Shown one piece after another: positions 14,890-29,694 of a DNA stretch of 64,000 nt. The notes under the pieces are model-generated. The model worked only from the letters and a program-made list of their open reading frames with translations. It searched no databases and was not told where the DNA came from. Made by a program: the position numbers and the translations under genes. The DNA is from Eledone cirrhosa. Its lineage: Eukaryota. Location: contig OZ024741.1 of assembly GCA_964016885.1 (NCBI GenBank), positions 98,394,001-98,458,000 on the forward strand. The letters run 5' to 3'. Each line of letters begins with the position of its first letter. Positions within the stretch are counted from its first letter, which is position 1.

Positions 14890-14891
<2 letters not shown>
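14496..14891 (-). pseudogene. PLE GIY-YIG endonuclease remnant
   Basis: SCIVYKCDV...[23 protein letters not shown]...TTLAS*VWDLK...LKWKILQKARSYNGGHKGCDLCISE...NCMHKN, with two in-frame stops. Confidence 0.92.
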
Positions 14892-14935
<44 letters not shown>

Positions 14936-14956
14936 GTATATATATGTATATATATG

Positions 14957-14998
<42 letters not shown>

Positions 14999-15359
14999 CA
15001 GTTGTGCCACCGTATTCGCGGGGTTTACGTTCCTAGAGCACACGTGAAGAGTAAAACCTCGGGAATATTGAACGTGGTCCTTAAAAATGTTTATAAACGT
15101 CAAAATATAATTTAAAATATAATTAAAAAAAGGAGGGAGCGTCTTATGCGAAGGGGCGTTCAATTGGCCGATAAATACAGTATATTGTTATTAATAATTT
15201 AGCGTTAAAATATATATATATTGCGACGAAAAAGCCATTAAAAAATTGTGGAAGATATTTACGATTCAGTGAATAAGTGGTGGTTTCAACGAAAATTATT
15301 AGTTTGTTCCTAAGGAAAATTCAGCGAATAACTGGTACCGCGAATGCCGGGGTACACTA
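14999..15359. mobile_element. pogo/Tigger-type MITE
   Basis: Imperfect TIRs CAGTTGTGCCACCGTATTCGCGG / CCGCGAATGCCGGGGTACACTA, flanked by TA. Confidence 0.7.
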
Positions 15360-15986
15360 TATATATGTATGTGTCTGTGTGAGTGTATGTATGCGTGTGT
15401 GTGGCGTCTGTTATGAGTGTATGTGTGTGAATGACTGTGAACATATATGTGTGCATATAAATGCATTTATAAGTGTGTAAGACTTAAATATGCGTTTCGT
15501 CTTTCTATACGTCTGTCATTCAACACATTGCGCATTCTTTTGTCTGTGTATATCTCTATGTGTATTTGCTTGTGTTTCTGTCTGTTTTTCTGTGTATGGG
15601 TTCGCGCGTATGTGTGTGTATGGGTTCGCGCGTATGTATGTGTGTATGTATGTACGTGTGTGTGTTTGTGTAAGTAGAGGGAGTATGTATTTATGTGGAT
15701 CTATTTCTCATCACACAATACATCTCCCTTTGCATTTCCTGTAGTGTGCACAAACAGACGTCAAGTAAATCAGTCATTTGAGGCTAATATATTGGGGGAT
15801 TATTTTGCAGAAAGCCGTAAAAGGGGGTGGAGAATGAAGGGAAAACCATAGTGCTAATATCTGTAATAAGTCATACTATATCCTTTGAGCGCCTTACTGA
15901 CATCCCAAACACTTCGAGTCGAAAAAATATCAGTCGTCCGTTCATTTTCTCTTTTACTTTAACTCCGGATCATTCTCTCACAAGCT

Positions 15987-16000
15987 GTTACCATGGTAAT
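15987..16000. promoter_or_regulatory. RFX X-box-like palindrome
   Basis: GTTACCATGGTAAT in a repeat-free island. Motif match only. Confidence 0.3.
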
Positions 16001-16509
16001 GTCAGTTTGAACATAAAGAGTGCTTGGTCATTGGCACCTTTCAATTCTGTATCAGATGACTGTGAAGAATCGGTTAAAGATCCCAGTCACGGTGGTTCGC
16101 AGACATTGGTCTGCTATGTATTACCCGAATGATTTGGCCGATGAATGTTCAAACAGGAATGTCTGTGCATTACTGATATGAAATGAATTATTTTAGTGAC
16201 TCTACTGCCATTTATCTTAAAGGCGCTGACATATCATTTCTGAAAATGTCTAATCTTAATATTTTCCTCTTTTTTTTTCTTTTACTTTATTAAATCCAAA
16301 TTTGAAAAGTTGAAATTTTCACCAACAAACATCTATAATAAAAAGAAAAAAAAACATAAATAAATGATAAAGGAATCACAAGCTAGAATAGCAAACATAG
16401 TTTCGAAACAAAATTCTATATATAATAAAAAATATATTAAATTTCCCATGTATTTTTGAACTTCAGATTTTAAATTGAAAAGGCTAAAGCCACATAAAAC
16501 AAGCTTATT

Positions 16510-16599
<90 letters not shown>

Positions 16600-16682
16600 T
16601 ATGTATATAATTTGTGTGGAATGCTTAAAGTGACCGTATGCGGTAAGCCGTTTGAGCACTCGATGCTCTTACAGAGCAGAGT

Positions 16683-17007
16683 ATATCACATAAGAAACGG
16701 AGAATCAGTGGTGCGACGAATTAAATTTTTTTAGACATATTACAATCGTTTCTCTGGCGACCAGCTCGGGGCACGATGGATGTAATGATCGAACCTGACT
16801 CTGAAATTGCAAGATCCTCAGATACCTCTCTATCTTTCGAAGCAGAGTTTCGAAAGATAGAGAGGTATCTGAGGATCTTGCGATTTCAGAGTCAGGTTCG
16901 ATCATTACATCGATCGTGCCCCGAGCTGGTCGCCAGAGAAACGATTGTAATATGTCTAAAAAAATGTAATTCGTCGCACCACTGATTCTCCGTTTCTTAT
17001 GTGATAT
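16683..17007. mobile_element. Fold-back palindrome (159-bp arms, 7-nt loop) carrying two hammerheads
   Basis: 16683-16841 is the near-perfect reverse complement of 16849-17007, with loop GCAGAGT. Confidence 0.92.
16861..16957 (+). ncRNA. Type I hammerhead with long stem II (mirror copy on minus strand at 16733-16829)
   Basis: AGAGGUAU CUGAGGA UCUUGCGAU...GUCGCCAGA GAAA CGAUUG UA AUAUGUCU. Confidence 0.8.
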
Positions 17008-17024
17008 GTATGTATATATATATC

Positions 17025-17089
<65 letters not shown>

Positions 17090-17120
17090 GGGTGTGGGTG
17101 TGTATGTGTGTGTGTGTGTG

Positions 17121-17335
<215 letters not shown>

Positions 17336-17892
17336 AGGATAAGACAACGAATGAAAACAAGGCAAAACGAAAAATATTTTGTTAAGGGGAACCTTAATTT
17401 TAATAAAAATAGAAACTAAAGACAACAAAGTCCAGGGTCATCAGCCGTTGAGATGGACATTGGCAATTTCAACCACTACCAACGGGGATCACAGCATCTG
17501 AAACAAGCCAAACGCTGTCCAGTGGAGTAAGAGACGAAACATTAATTTATAGCAATTAAACTATAACAAGTACACAGAATTTCATGCGAAAACGTGTAGT
17601 GCTTCGTAATATGTATATAATGAATAAAAAATAAGGGCGAAGACATGAAAATGAAGGATTACAGAGAGTAATCTGATCTCTACAGTTGACCGCTAGAGAT
17701 ACGTTGTTTCCATAATTTTAGCTCAATACAACTGGCTCTAGTGCACAAGGGACAGTAACAAATGGGAAAAGGACAAGTCGATAATCTTAGCATCTTTGCC
17801 ACTAATCCAAATGATCTGCAACTGAAAAGATATTCACGAGGCCCAACATATTGATTTACCAAGGAGAAGGTTAAGCGATAGAGAATATGCAA

Positions 17893-18721
17893 TCTGTATA
17901 TATATAAAATTAAGTATGTGTGTATGTGTGTGTGTATTACCTACATCTTACGTCCGATATTCATGAAACTTTACAGGCTCATAGATTAATCATCGCGGAG
18001 TGTTTTCTATATATTAGCGTATCGTCTTTTTATTCTGGGGTCATTCTGCACATAAAAATCGATAGGGGGGGGGTCACCTTTTTTTATGTATCGAAAAATA
18101 AGATTTTTGGCTCTAGCTCCCACGTTTTGCCACCGATTTCGTTCAAATTTTAAAGCAAAATAGAATTTATCATTGCACATCCTGTAATGGCTTTACATTT
18201 TGGATATTTTGTTCAGGAATGGTGTGGCAGCCGCTTAAATATTCAAAAATACCACCTTTTCGCTCAAATTTCCGCCTTTTCGGCTCTAGCTCCCACATTT
18301 TTCAACCGATTTCGTTCAAATTCGAAACTTCGTCTTCACCTCACACATAAATCAATTTATTTGATTCAACTTTTATACTACGATAGAACCTATCATTGCA
18401 CATCTTATAGATGGTCAAAGGTAAAACGATGACCACTGACGTCATCTGAGCTTTTAGTTGTGTATTTGAGAATTCATTGGTTTCCAATCAAGTAGTGTGA
18501 GGAAATTTGGCTTAGTGTTAGAGGTCATAACCTCCCTCCCCCAGCATGCCCCTTCGTCAGTCACCCGTGTTTATCAGTGATAGAGGTCATCACCAGCCTC
18601 CCCCGCATGGCCTGTGTGTGGCCATAGATGAGTCATCGAGAAGAAGTCGCTAAGATCAACACCTTTTCATCAAAGCAGATATTATTTTACCTACCCAGGC
18701 AACGCTGGGTACTGCTGCTAG
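17893..18721 (+). mobile_element. Non-autonomous Helitron
   Basis: 5' end A|TCTGTATATATATAAAA. The 3' hairpin ACCCAG-GCAACG-CTGGGT (18693-18710) is followed by CTAG|T. No TSD. Confidence 0.88.
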
Positions 18722-19234
18722 TTGTTAATAAAATGATTGCCATATATATATATATATAAATATGGTGGGGGAGGGGGTAGTACTTGTCTGTTAACAGAAT
18801 ATACTGACATGCCTATTTTTCCCCACAAAGATATTTTAATATTTTAATGTACATTGAAACAAAATACTTCTTAAGTACCAGTAATATAATAATCAAATTA
18901 GCTGCTAACATTGCATTATATTCATATTTGTCTATCTAGAGTAGTTAAACCACAATAATAGTGGGCGTGGCAAAGGCGGTACGCCTGTAGTCACTTTAAA
19001 AGAATACTTAGACTTTCATGAAATCCCATCAAAAGAACTGAACTTCGCCACGTTGATACCGCTATTCTTGCCTGCAAAATGTTGTCTATAGAGACAAGAT
19101 TATTAAATCTACCTACCCATAAAGTGTGGATATCGGTCAGGGGTTGGCCGGGCCTAAAAAAAAAAACCTATAAAATAGAAGATTCCATTATATTATAGAT
19201 GTGTAACAAAACTGTTATATAGTTATTAATTTCA

Positions 19235-19690
19235 CTAGCAGAAAAACCACGCTTCGGGTGGTTTTCTGCGAGCATGTGTATTGATATTATACGCAAGTAT
19301 ATATGTAGATAAGATCAAATAAAATCGTAATTGACAATATACACAGAAATTGAACGAAGACTGTGTTACGTAATCAGTAACGTAATCTATGATACATTAA
19401 AAAAAGACGATATTATATATAAATTGCATTAGGAGAAAATTAGTGACAGAAATATATGAATATTTATTTAAACGATCGCAAACCGGAAGTGTTGACATTT
19501 GACCATTTTAAAGAAGTGAATCTTTAAATAAGTAATAAAATATATTTAATGAACAGCCACGAAATTTAGTAGATAAATTATGTAATATTCATTCATTATT
19601 TATTCAAAGTAATCCAACTTGTTTTACTAAAGGGATAACAAATTATAAACCGTACGCAGTCCCGCGCTTCTTACTTTATTATAGTTTAGA
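19235..19690 (-). mobile_element. Non-autonomous Helitron (reverse orientation)
   Basis: The minus strand starts A|TCTAAACTATAATAAAG and ends in a hairpin (plus strand AAAACCAC-GCTTCGG-GTGGTTTT) followed by CTAG|T. Confidence 0.85.
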
Positions 19691-20300
19691 TAAGGCAATT
19701 TGTGAACAATACTGTCGTTGGTTACAAATTTCCAACGGGCCAATCGTTAGATAAATGTAGTTCTGACAGGGGGGGGTGACAAGGGAGAGTATAATTGGAT
19801 GCAGAATAAATATTTCAAAGGATATATTTTGTAAAATATCGGTTCATTGCTTCGATCCCGATATCTATACTCGTAGAAGATATACATTAGCGAAACACCC
19901 ACAAGACTCACACATACTTCTTGACACACACATTTCTTTCTATCGCTATCTCATCTCTCTCTCCCTCTCTCTCTCACACACACGCACACTCACATGATAT
20001 ATATCTATATCTCATCTCTCTCTCCCTCTCTCTCTCTCTCTCACACACACACGCACACTCACATGATATATATCTATATCTATTTCTCTCTCTCTCTCTC
20101 TTATATATATATTAGGAGCGAGAAATAGAGATTGAGACAGAGATAAAGAGAGAGGTTGCGATAGATAGAAAAGAAACTTTCCAGCCATAATATTTGTGGT
20201 TAACAAGTACCTCATATGAAAGTATTATGCGTGAATAAGGAACTTGGAAGAATAGAGTTTGATGAGAAATGAATATCTTTGCATTATATATGCCAGTATA

Positions 20301-20505
20301 AGGGCGGTGTATTGGTAGTGTGGGTAGAGGGCAGACACCATGCTTTGCAGTATATAGTTATGGCCATTTACGTTCCGAGGTTAACTTTGCCTTTCATCCT
20401 TACGGGGTCGATAACATAAAGTACCAATAACGCACTGGGGTCGATTTAATCGACTTTTCCCTTCCCCCAAATTTCTGGCCTTGTACCTATATACGAAACC
20501 ATTAT
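20301..20505 (+). mobile_element. SINE, near full length
   Basis: Contains CCGAGGTTAACTTTGCCTTTCATCCTTACGGGGTCGATAA...GGGGTCGATTTAATCGAC. Same family as 1653-1763. Confidence 0.85.
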
Positions 20506-21585
20506 ATATATGCCAGCATTAATGTTACGACCAGTCCAAACATGGTTGTTATATGTCGACTCTAATCTTATAAAACCGATATTTTCTATACACACACATA
20601 GTTTCATACAACAATTGATTTTTCCATTAGAGCGAAGATAAAATAAATTCAGAAACAGTTTTTCTAAATTTCTTTCACACGGACAATAGAAAATTTTCAC
20701 AGAAAATACATGGCATTGTATTATTTGTAGATAATGAACTCCAATCAATATTTTAAAGTGTTTTAAGGATGTTTATTATTGCTCAATACATGAACATAGC
20801 AGAGAGGCAAAGAGCTATAGTTAACACTTTAACTGTATTACCAGAAATATTTGCTGAGGGTAATGTCATACAGAGGTCGATTTTTCCATGTTTGTTTGTA
20901 TGTGTTTGAATATATGTTTTAATGTGTGTGGACGTGAGTGTTTGTATATGTGCAGGATATGTATTTACATATGCATTCGTTTTAACTATCATTTTATACG
21001 TGTGTATGTACGTTTTTGTGTTTGTATATGAGCAAAATCTGTACTTACATGTATCACTTTGTGACTGTGACTTTATACGAGTGTATGTGTATGTATATGT
21101 GTGTATGTGTGTGTATGTCTGTGTGTGTATGTGTACATATGTATCTCTATACGTATGTGTATCATATCTGATAGCACTCTAATATTTATTCTCTATTTAC
21201 ATTATTTGCTTTAATAGTGTTGCTTGCATTAATTCAGTTATATGTTCAAATTCAGACTAAAATCGATTGGATCATTCATCTCCCGAGCTTTCTATCAGAG
21301 TGAGAAGAAAGTAATATGATTTCTTTCTAATTTTATGATTAGTTATTTCTTTTCTTCCTGTAGTTCTGGGGACATTGCTATTATATTATTTCTTATGTAT
21401 GCAAATAAGAAGAGGAAATAATAACTTTAGTTTCAATCTTAGATAACGAATGTAAATGTCTATCATTTGTGGGGTTTTCTTCTGAAATATTTTAATCCGA
21501 TATACAGTATATATATCATATAATATATATATATATATATATTTATACATATATACATACATATATATATATATATATATACATA

Positions 21586-21708
<123 letters not shown>

Positions 21709-22406
21709 ATATATATATATATATATGTATGTATATATGTATATATATATATATATGGACAGAGGCAGACACGCACGCATACATACACACATACATATGT
21801 ACATATATACATACATACTTACATATAAAGAGATATACTATCTACGTAGATAGAATATAAATAAAATTAAATGTAAATAATGTCAATGGGGAGGAATCCA
21901 GGTAAATATATAATTATAAATATCTAATAAATATAAATTATAGTTTCCTTCCATACAATTTCAGGAAATAGACACAATAGAATCACACAAAAACATACAT
22001 GCATACACACACATAAACATACATACATACATACACACATAGATACATACATGCATACATACATACACACTTAAATACATACATACATAGACACATACAT
22101 ACACACTTATATACATACATACATACATACATATGTACGTGTGTGTGTGTATGTATTTTCCTATATATACATTTTCCTATATTTATAATGATGTGGAATA
22201 GTTGGAATGAAAGCAATGGCAGGAATGTACACAAAAAGTGGCAGAAAGCACATTTGCAACATTCAATTTGCACGTGGCCACGAGGCTGTCCATTTTTAAG
22301 ACAGATCGATTAGCTGTCTGATTTGATCCCAGTAGAAAACTGGTATTTGGCGTATCTAAATGATGTCATAAATGTATGTTTCGGAGATTTACTCTCCAGC
22401 ATTAGT

Positions 22407-22633
22407 CTAAAGTCTATAAGCCATAAGGCTCATTTGGCCGGTTTCAAGGCGTGAAGCGTCCATCGCAGGGTTAAACCCCCAGCTATGGTTGGTACTCATT
22501 TTCAATCTGAATATACTGGAGCAACGTGAAATGAAATGTTTTGCTCAAGAATACAACACGCAACCCAGGAATCGAACCCATAACATATGATCGTAAGTCC
22601 AACACCCTTATCACTAGGCCATGTGCCTCCACT
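22407..22633 (-). mobile_element. tRNA-derived SINE with CORE-like body and TSD
   Basis: Minus-strand A box TGGCCTAGTGA and B box GGTTCGATTCC, then CTTGAGCAAAACA...GTTGCTCCAG. TSD CAGCATTAGT is at 22397-22406 and 22634-22643. Confidence 0.85.
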
Positions 22634-22644
22634 CAGCATTAGTA

Positions 22645-23035
22645 ATGGTTTCTAAATTAGAGATAAAGGCCTGCAATTTGGGGGCGAGAGCGAGGAATGT
22701 CGATTAGATCAACCTCAAGACATTATTTGATCGACTAAGGAAGGATGAAGGACAAAGTTGATATCGACAGGATTTGAACTCAAAATATAATGAACCGGAA
22801 CATTTTCTCCAACTCACTCACGGTTTGGTCAACATGCTGGCCATCTTTTGATATTAACAATGATTTCTACTTTAGGAATAACACCACAAAAGCCAAATAA
22901 AACGACCTCAGTACTTGAGTGATAATTTATTTTCTCGACCTCCGAAGATAAAAGGGAAAGTTGACTTCCGCGAGATTTCTACTCAGAACATGAACATTCG
23001 AAAGATTTACTACTAAACATTTAAACGCTGCTTCT
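22645..23035 (-). mobile_element. Two adjacent degenerate SINE copies
   Basis: GGATGAAGGACAAAGTTGA..GGATTTGAACTC (~22743-22781) and AAAGGGAAAGTTGAC..GAGATTTCTACTCAGAA (~22951-22988) are reverse matches to the main SINE family. Confidence 0.65.
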
Positions 23036-23064
23036 CCGTATTGAGAGATCACAGCTCCGATACT

Positions 23065-23279
23065 ATGGGCAGGGGGCTAGAATAATCTCAGGAAAGGATC
23101 GGTGGATGGATTTTAGGGGCAATGCCAACCGACAGGAGAATCAGGGGTAGACCCCGAACAAAAAGGTTGAATAACATCTATGAGATTGGGGATCCAGCCA
23201 GATTAGTTGGAAATTGTTGCTTCTGACAGGACCTGCTGGAAAGGGTGTTTAAGGACTCTGTCCTCACATCCTTCTCAGG

Positions 23280-23312
<33 letters not shown>

Positions 23313-23447
23313 AAGAAGAAGAAGAAGAAGAAGAAGAAGAAGAAGAAGAAGAAGAAGAAGAAGAAGAAAAAGAAGAAGAAGAAGAAGAAGAAGAAGAAGA
23401 AGAAGAAGAAGAAGAAGAAGAAGAAGAAGAAGAAGAAGAAGAAGAAG

Positions 23448-23477
<30 letters not shown>
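23065..23477 (+). mobile_element. 3' end of an RTE-like LINE with (GAA)n tail
   Basis: Translates RISQERIGGWILGAMPTDRRIRGRPRTKRLNNI.../ASDRTCWKGCLRTL, followed by ~195 bp of (GAA)n. Confidence 0.7.
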
Positions 23478-23478
<1 letters not shown>

Positions 23479-24054
23479 TCAAATGTGTACGTGATAGGAG
23501 GGCATAACAGTAAATATAGGAATCTGCCGAGATGTATATTTTTAGAGGGAAATGTATTGTGTTCTATTAGAAAACATTAAAATCTACTAAACAATCAATA
23601 TATTATAGATTTACAAAATGATGTAAATTTAAAAAATAACGGTTGCCATGTTTAGAAATTGGCAATGTTTACTGTTTTATAATGCTTTATTATGTTTGAC
23701 CATCTTGAATTTTTCTGGTGAGATCTTGGCCCTTCTTTGTGAATTACATAAATACCCATAAAACATAAAATCACGAAAGACACACATATGTATTTTTATT
23801 CTGCTCGACATCATTCTCATCAAGGCCTACGAGTCACTTCTAGACAAAGGGCAAATGAACAGTAAAATTAATACCTAAAAAAAAAGAAGCTATCTATATA
23901 CATGTACATCTAAAAAGGAAATAAGATGTAGCAATAAAATAACGGATAAAAGGCTTTAATGAAATTCAATGCGACGATATATAAAAGAACGGATAGCAAT
24001 AAATTATGTTTAAGAAACACAAAATTAAACAAAATAAAATGGTATTAAAAGAAC

Positions 24055-24127
<73 letters not shown>

Positions 24128-24685
24128 GGGGTGCGTGTGTGTGTGTACATGTGCTTGTGTGTTTGTGTATGTGGGTGTATAGTTGTGCATATAGGTGTGT
24201 CTGTGTGAATCTGCGTGTGGCATATAAATAACATAAATGTCACATTCAGCCTTATCATTTACTGTATCAGGCTGAATCGCACAGAGAATCACGTTAAAGG
24301 TATACATGTCTCTGGAATACTCAGCCACTCTCATATACATTTCATGAGCAGGCTGTTTCGTTCATCGAACAACAAGAGCGTATTGTCGAATCAGACTGTG
24401 GTCGATGTAATTCCATATATTTCATGTAAAATCTGTCGAGTTTGTGAAATTTGCTTCGCAACAAAAATTGTTTGTTTATCAACAAGCTGCCATTAATATA
24501 TGTATTACGCGTGGATATTTCTTAGCGAAAACTAAGCTGAAATCTATTCTGTAGGTTGAATGCCCAACCAAGTTATTCTGATTTCATTTCCACAGCGCGT
24601 GACCCTGGAGAAGTTCCTTCTACTGTACTCTCGGTTTGTAAATTGCCTTGTTAGTAAATGGAAACCTGTCATATATATATATATA

Positions 24686-25097
24686 TATATAATAAAGTAC
24701 GTCCATAGAAACATTTGATAAAATATATACAGTATTTCCTCTCCCAATCAGCATTATTAACCACACACAAAATCAATTAAACAAAGCTGTAAGTTTAAAA
24801 AGCACCTATGAAGAAACAGTAGATAAATAAACGATAGCCATTTTATCCGCATTCAACAGCCACAGAATATTTACCCACTATTTCTAATAGCCCGTGGAAA
24901 TCGATTAGATATATAGCCAACCATACACAATTAGGTAAAAAATCAAAGTTAGAAGAAAAAATGTATATAAGCATACCAAAATTATGTCTCTACCACATTG
25001 GGAGAGGAAATACTGTATATATTTTATAACTTGATTGGGAGAGGAAATACTCTATATATTTTATCAAATGATTCTATGGACGTACTTTATTATATAT
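24686..25097. mobile_element. Element bounded by ~65-bp inverted repeats (PLE-tail-like)
   Basis: 24686-24750 is the reverse complement of 25033-25097. An extra tandem copy TTGGGAGAGGAAATACTGTATATATTTTAT lies at ~24998. Confidence 0.7.
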
Positions 25098-25230
25098 TGC
25101 TCTGATTGTTGATTATTTAATTAATTAATTCCTCATTGAGCCACACCATGAATGGTTGCCAAAAACACATATATATCTATGGCTCTGTCTAGTTTATGTA
25201 TATGTAAATCTATATATTTTATATATATAA

Positions 25231-25692
<462 letters not shown>

Positions 25693-25858
25693 ATATATAT
25701 ATATTTATATATATATATCAACATAATCGGATGCTTCCGAAGCCGTAGTTTTTTTTACATATATACACACATACAAACACAAATACACACACAGAGTCAC
25801 CCACGCACACACACACACACACAACACACACAAACACACACACACACACAAACACACA

Positions 25859-25941
<83 letters not shown>

Positions 25942-25949
<8 letters not shown>

Positions 25950-26100
25950 TGTATACAGTGTATTTTGCAATACACTGTATGCTTAAGTGAAAGCATTTCG
26001 AAGACCTTACGCTATTGTTTTAGAGTAGTGACAGTCTCACTTACTTTAAATTTAAGTATACAGTGTATTGCAAAATACACTATATAGATTCATATATATA
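25942..26100. repeat. ~50-bp inverted repeat between (TA)n arrays
   Basis: ATGAATGTATACAGTGTATTTTGCAATACACTGTATGCTTAA pairs with TTAAGTATACAGTGTATTGCAAAATACACTATATAGATTCAT. Confidence 0.85.
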
Positions 26101-26121
26101 TCGCTATTTCAGAGCACCAAT

Positions 26122-26159
<38 letters not shown>

Positions 26160-26316
26160 ATAATAATACATTTATTATTACCCGTCTTCTTGTCTTCTTC
26201 CGATTGCAACGTTTTTTGAAATATTCACTTCTGCGTTCACAGATTGACTTTGTTAGTTTCAGAAGATCCCGTTAAGGGTGAAAGCAGCGATTCTTTGTTT
26301 AAACTTTAATGTGTTA

Positions 26317-26377
<61 letters not shown>

Positions 26378-27374
26378 AGCCAAGACCCCGATGGCTGAAT
26401 TCCGGTCGTTTCGATATCTAGGTGTGAACTGTTATGAAAAATATTCCCAGTACAATACAAGTTATTGATAAGGAGAAAGACTTGTATTCGATGTTGCTCT
26501 TCCAAGAATACGCCCCCCTAGATATGGGTAGAGTTATTTATGATCAACTATAACCCTTTGAAAGTGGTGAAACAACTTAATCTAGTAAAGAAATAACACA
26601 CTACCAAATGCATTAATGATGCTGGTGATATGGAAGTTTTCCATGCTAGAATACAAACTAGGCTACGAATTTATCGCTACATATAGGTATATAATAATTG
26701 TCATGAAACAATTGGATTTGGACCTATCACAAGTCCAGTATTTTAGGAGAGATGTAGTAATAAATTAACAATGTTAATAAAATGCAAGAGCGATACAAAC
26801 GAAATGAAATCTCCTTATCTTCTGATTCTGATTGCGATGTAATCTCAATTTTCTAGATACTACCCAACAAGAGAGCATTTTCCCAATCACTAGGCCCGTT
26901 ACAAACAGTAATCCCACTACTATGAAATCCTACTGTCTTAATAGGAGAGAGAAATATTGCTTGATGTGGTCTTGAATGTCACTAAAAGAAATCGGGATAT
27001 GCAAAGATACTGTTTGTGATTATAGGTCAAATCAACTGAAGCGGATTCGATGCTAACATCAACCAACAACAATTGCATAGAACAAAATAATGTTATAAAT
27101 AATGGTATAGGAGTAATATATTTCCCTGTGTAGTGAAACCAAGGTATGTTGCAGAGAGAAGCCGTTATATAGAAGTCGTTAAATGTTATGCATTATGTAT
27201 TGCTTCCTTTAGTGTATTTCATAGTTTTGTCAAGTCTTTACAATGTATAACAGATTTATTGCACGTATGTGCCTTTTGTTGGCTTATTTTGAATAACTTA
27301 TTACTTGCTTCAGTTCATACCAATTCACATATTTTAACACAATGATAAACATATATAAATAAATATAAATATGA

Positions 27375-27415
<41 letters not shown>

Positions 27416-27652
27416 CGCTTTTACGCCTACAGGTATACGCATATATGAGAAATAAGCACACAGCAGAGTAGAAAGTAATATTATTTATATGTCAAATGAC
27501 CAATCCTCCGTATTAAACACAATCGTTACACATATTATTGCAGTTATTGGCTGCACCGATACTTACTGTCTACAAGGGCTGTCATTGTAACATTGCCACA
27601 GATTTATATGCCACATAGCCGTGCACCTGTTTGGATTATTTATTTATTTGTT

Positions 27653-27714
<62 letters not shown>

Positions 27715-28484
27715 TAATAATAATAATAATAATAATAATCGTTAGTATTGTTATTATTATTCTTATCATCATAATTCATTTATTTATTTACTTTAGTTGT
27801 TATATTCTCTGAAGGATTACAGCGTTGGAATCCGCTGGAAACGAAAATAAATAATATAAAATGGTAGGTGAGAAAAATGAATGGTTATAGAGTCAGCGTG
27901 CCAAAATGTTAGATGGAGCAGAAATAGAACAGGTGAACAAATACTCTACTCAAACGTTCTTATCTTGTACGAGTTTTAAAAAAATCAATGGTGCACATAC
28001 TTCAATGTGATAATGACCAGTGAAGGATAATGAAGTTTCGTATCAATCAGTTAAACACGCCTATATGAGACAACAAGTGCCAAGCGCTACACGTTCGTCG
28101 CCATATATATATGCAAGCTTGTTTGCATCTCATTACACTAGCCTGGCCAATTTTCTGTGCTTGCTTTCGATTTGAAATATATACGATCAGCCTGCGAACA
28201 GAAAGATATGTTTTAACTGACTGACTGATCAGCCTTTCATTACAAAAGCGAGGGGATCATTGTATTTATTGATTAGGTTTTGTTACATAAATAAAAGAAT
28301 AAATGTATAAATAAACATACTAATAAATAACGAAATAAATAAATAAGTAATTAATGGAGAAACACTCGTTTATCTTGCCTTCATTTATATTCCATCGAGA
28401 GAAATGTTTTCTAAACCTTCAGAATCAAGATAACAGCTGTGTTTTATTTTAATTTAATACACTTGACTATCTCATCTGATCATT

Positions 28485-28564
<80 letters not shown>

Positions 28565-28652
28565 CCTCTCTCTCTCTCTCCTACTCTCTCCTACTCTCTC
28601 TCCTACTCTCTCTCTCTCTCTCTCTCTCTCCCTCCCTCTCTCTCGCCCAATG

Positions 28653-28701
<49 letters not shown>

Positions 28702-28779
28702 GCACATATATATGTGTGTGTTTGTGTATATATATATATGAGTGTGGGTGTATGTATCTATGTATATATTATGCATATA

Positions 28780-28891
<112 letters not shown>

Positions 28892-29585
28892 TTCTATTCG
28901 ATGACTTCGTTTTAGTATTATTTATCTGTGCGTGTGTATATATATATAGAGAGAGAGATAGATAGATAGATAAATAGATATCAATACATGTGTGCTTGTA
29001 TATGTGAATGGCAAAGTTTCTTTAAATTAGTTTCGGTATAATTTCTTCTGCCAACATTTTCAGTGGCGTCGTTTGTGCATTCGTTGAGTTTCAAAACTTA
29101 AGAATATTTTACAGATTTTGAATTTTCCAGATATATTGGTTATGTGTAGCTTATGAATGGACATGATTTTGATGCTTTCAATCATAGGTCTGCACGTGTG
29201 ACCTGTCACTTAGCAACAACAACCTCAACAACATAAATGTTAAATATTTACGAAGGAATTTCTGTTTGATTGTACTGTTGGAACAAGAGTTGATTCTAAC
29301 CTCGAACACAGCAACACTTAAGAAAGCAAGAACACATTTCCAAATGTAGAGCTAGATAGGTCTAAATAGATGAGATGGCCATGGCTGGAATTCAGTTGAT
29401 AAAAGGTTGGGTGATCACAACACATCTGGAATTAAAGAACAATGACACAAATACACCCCTGCAATAATGATCCAGCTAAACGCATTCTATATGGTCGTTC
29501 GACATGCTAGTAATAACAGTGAAATTTCCTCAAAATAATACACCATATTGTATCGAATAAAGAAGGAAAACAGTAAATAATGCAT

Positions 29586-29694
<109 letters not shown>

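Larger units (their letters stand above)
11803..14892 (-). mobile_element. Putative single 5'-truncated PLE: GIY-YIG end, microsatellite-filled 3' region, terminal hammerhead
   Basis: The EN remnant (14496-14891) and hammerhead (11889-11939) are both on the minus strand, and both ends abut (TA)n. Continuity across the microsatellite is inferred. Confidence 0.55.

Noticed and set aside
16001-16060. Pre-miRNA-sized hairpin containing TTGGCAC
   Set aside because: Pairing is interrupted by large asymmetric bulges and the seed-like word sits next to the loop. I recognise no mature miRNA.
23245-23580. Protamine-like poly-Arg ORF
   Set aside because: It is the (GAA)n tail of a LINE 3' end.
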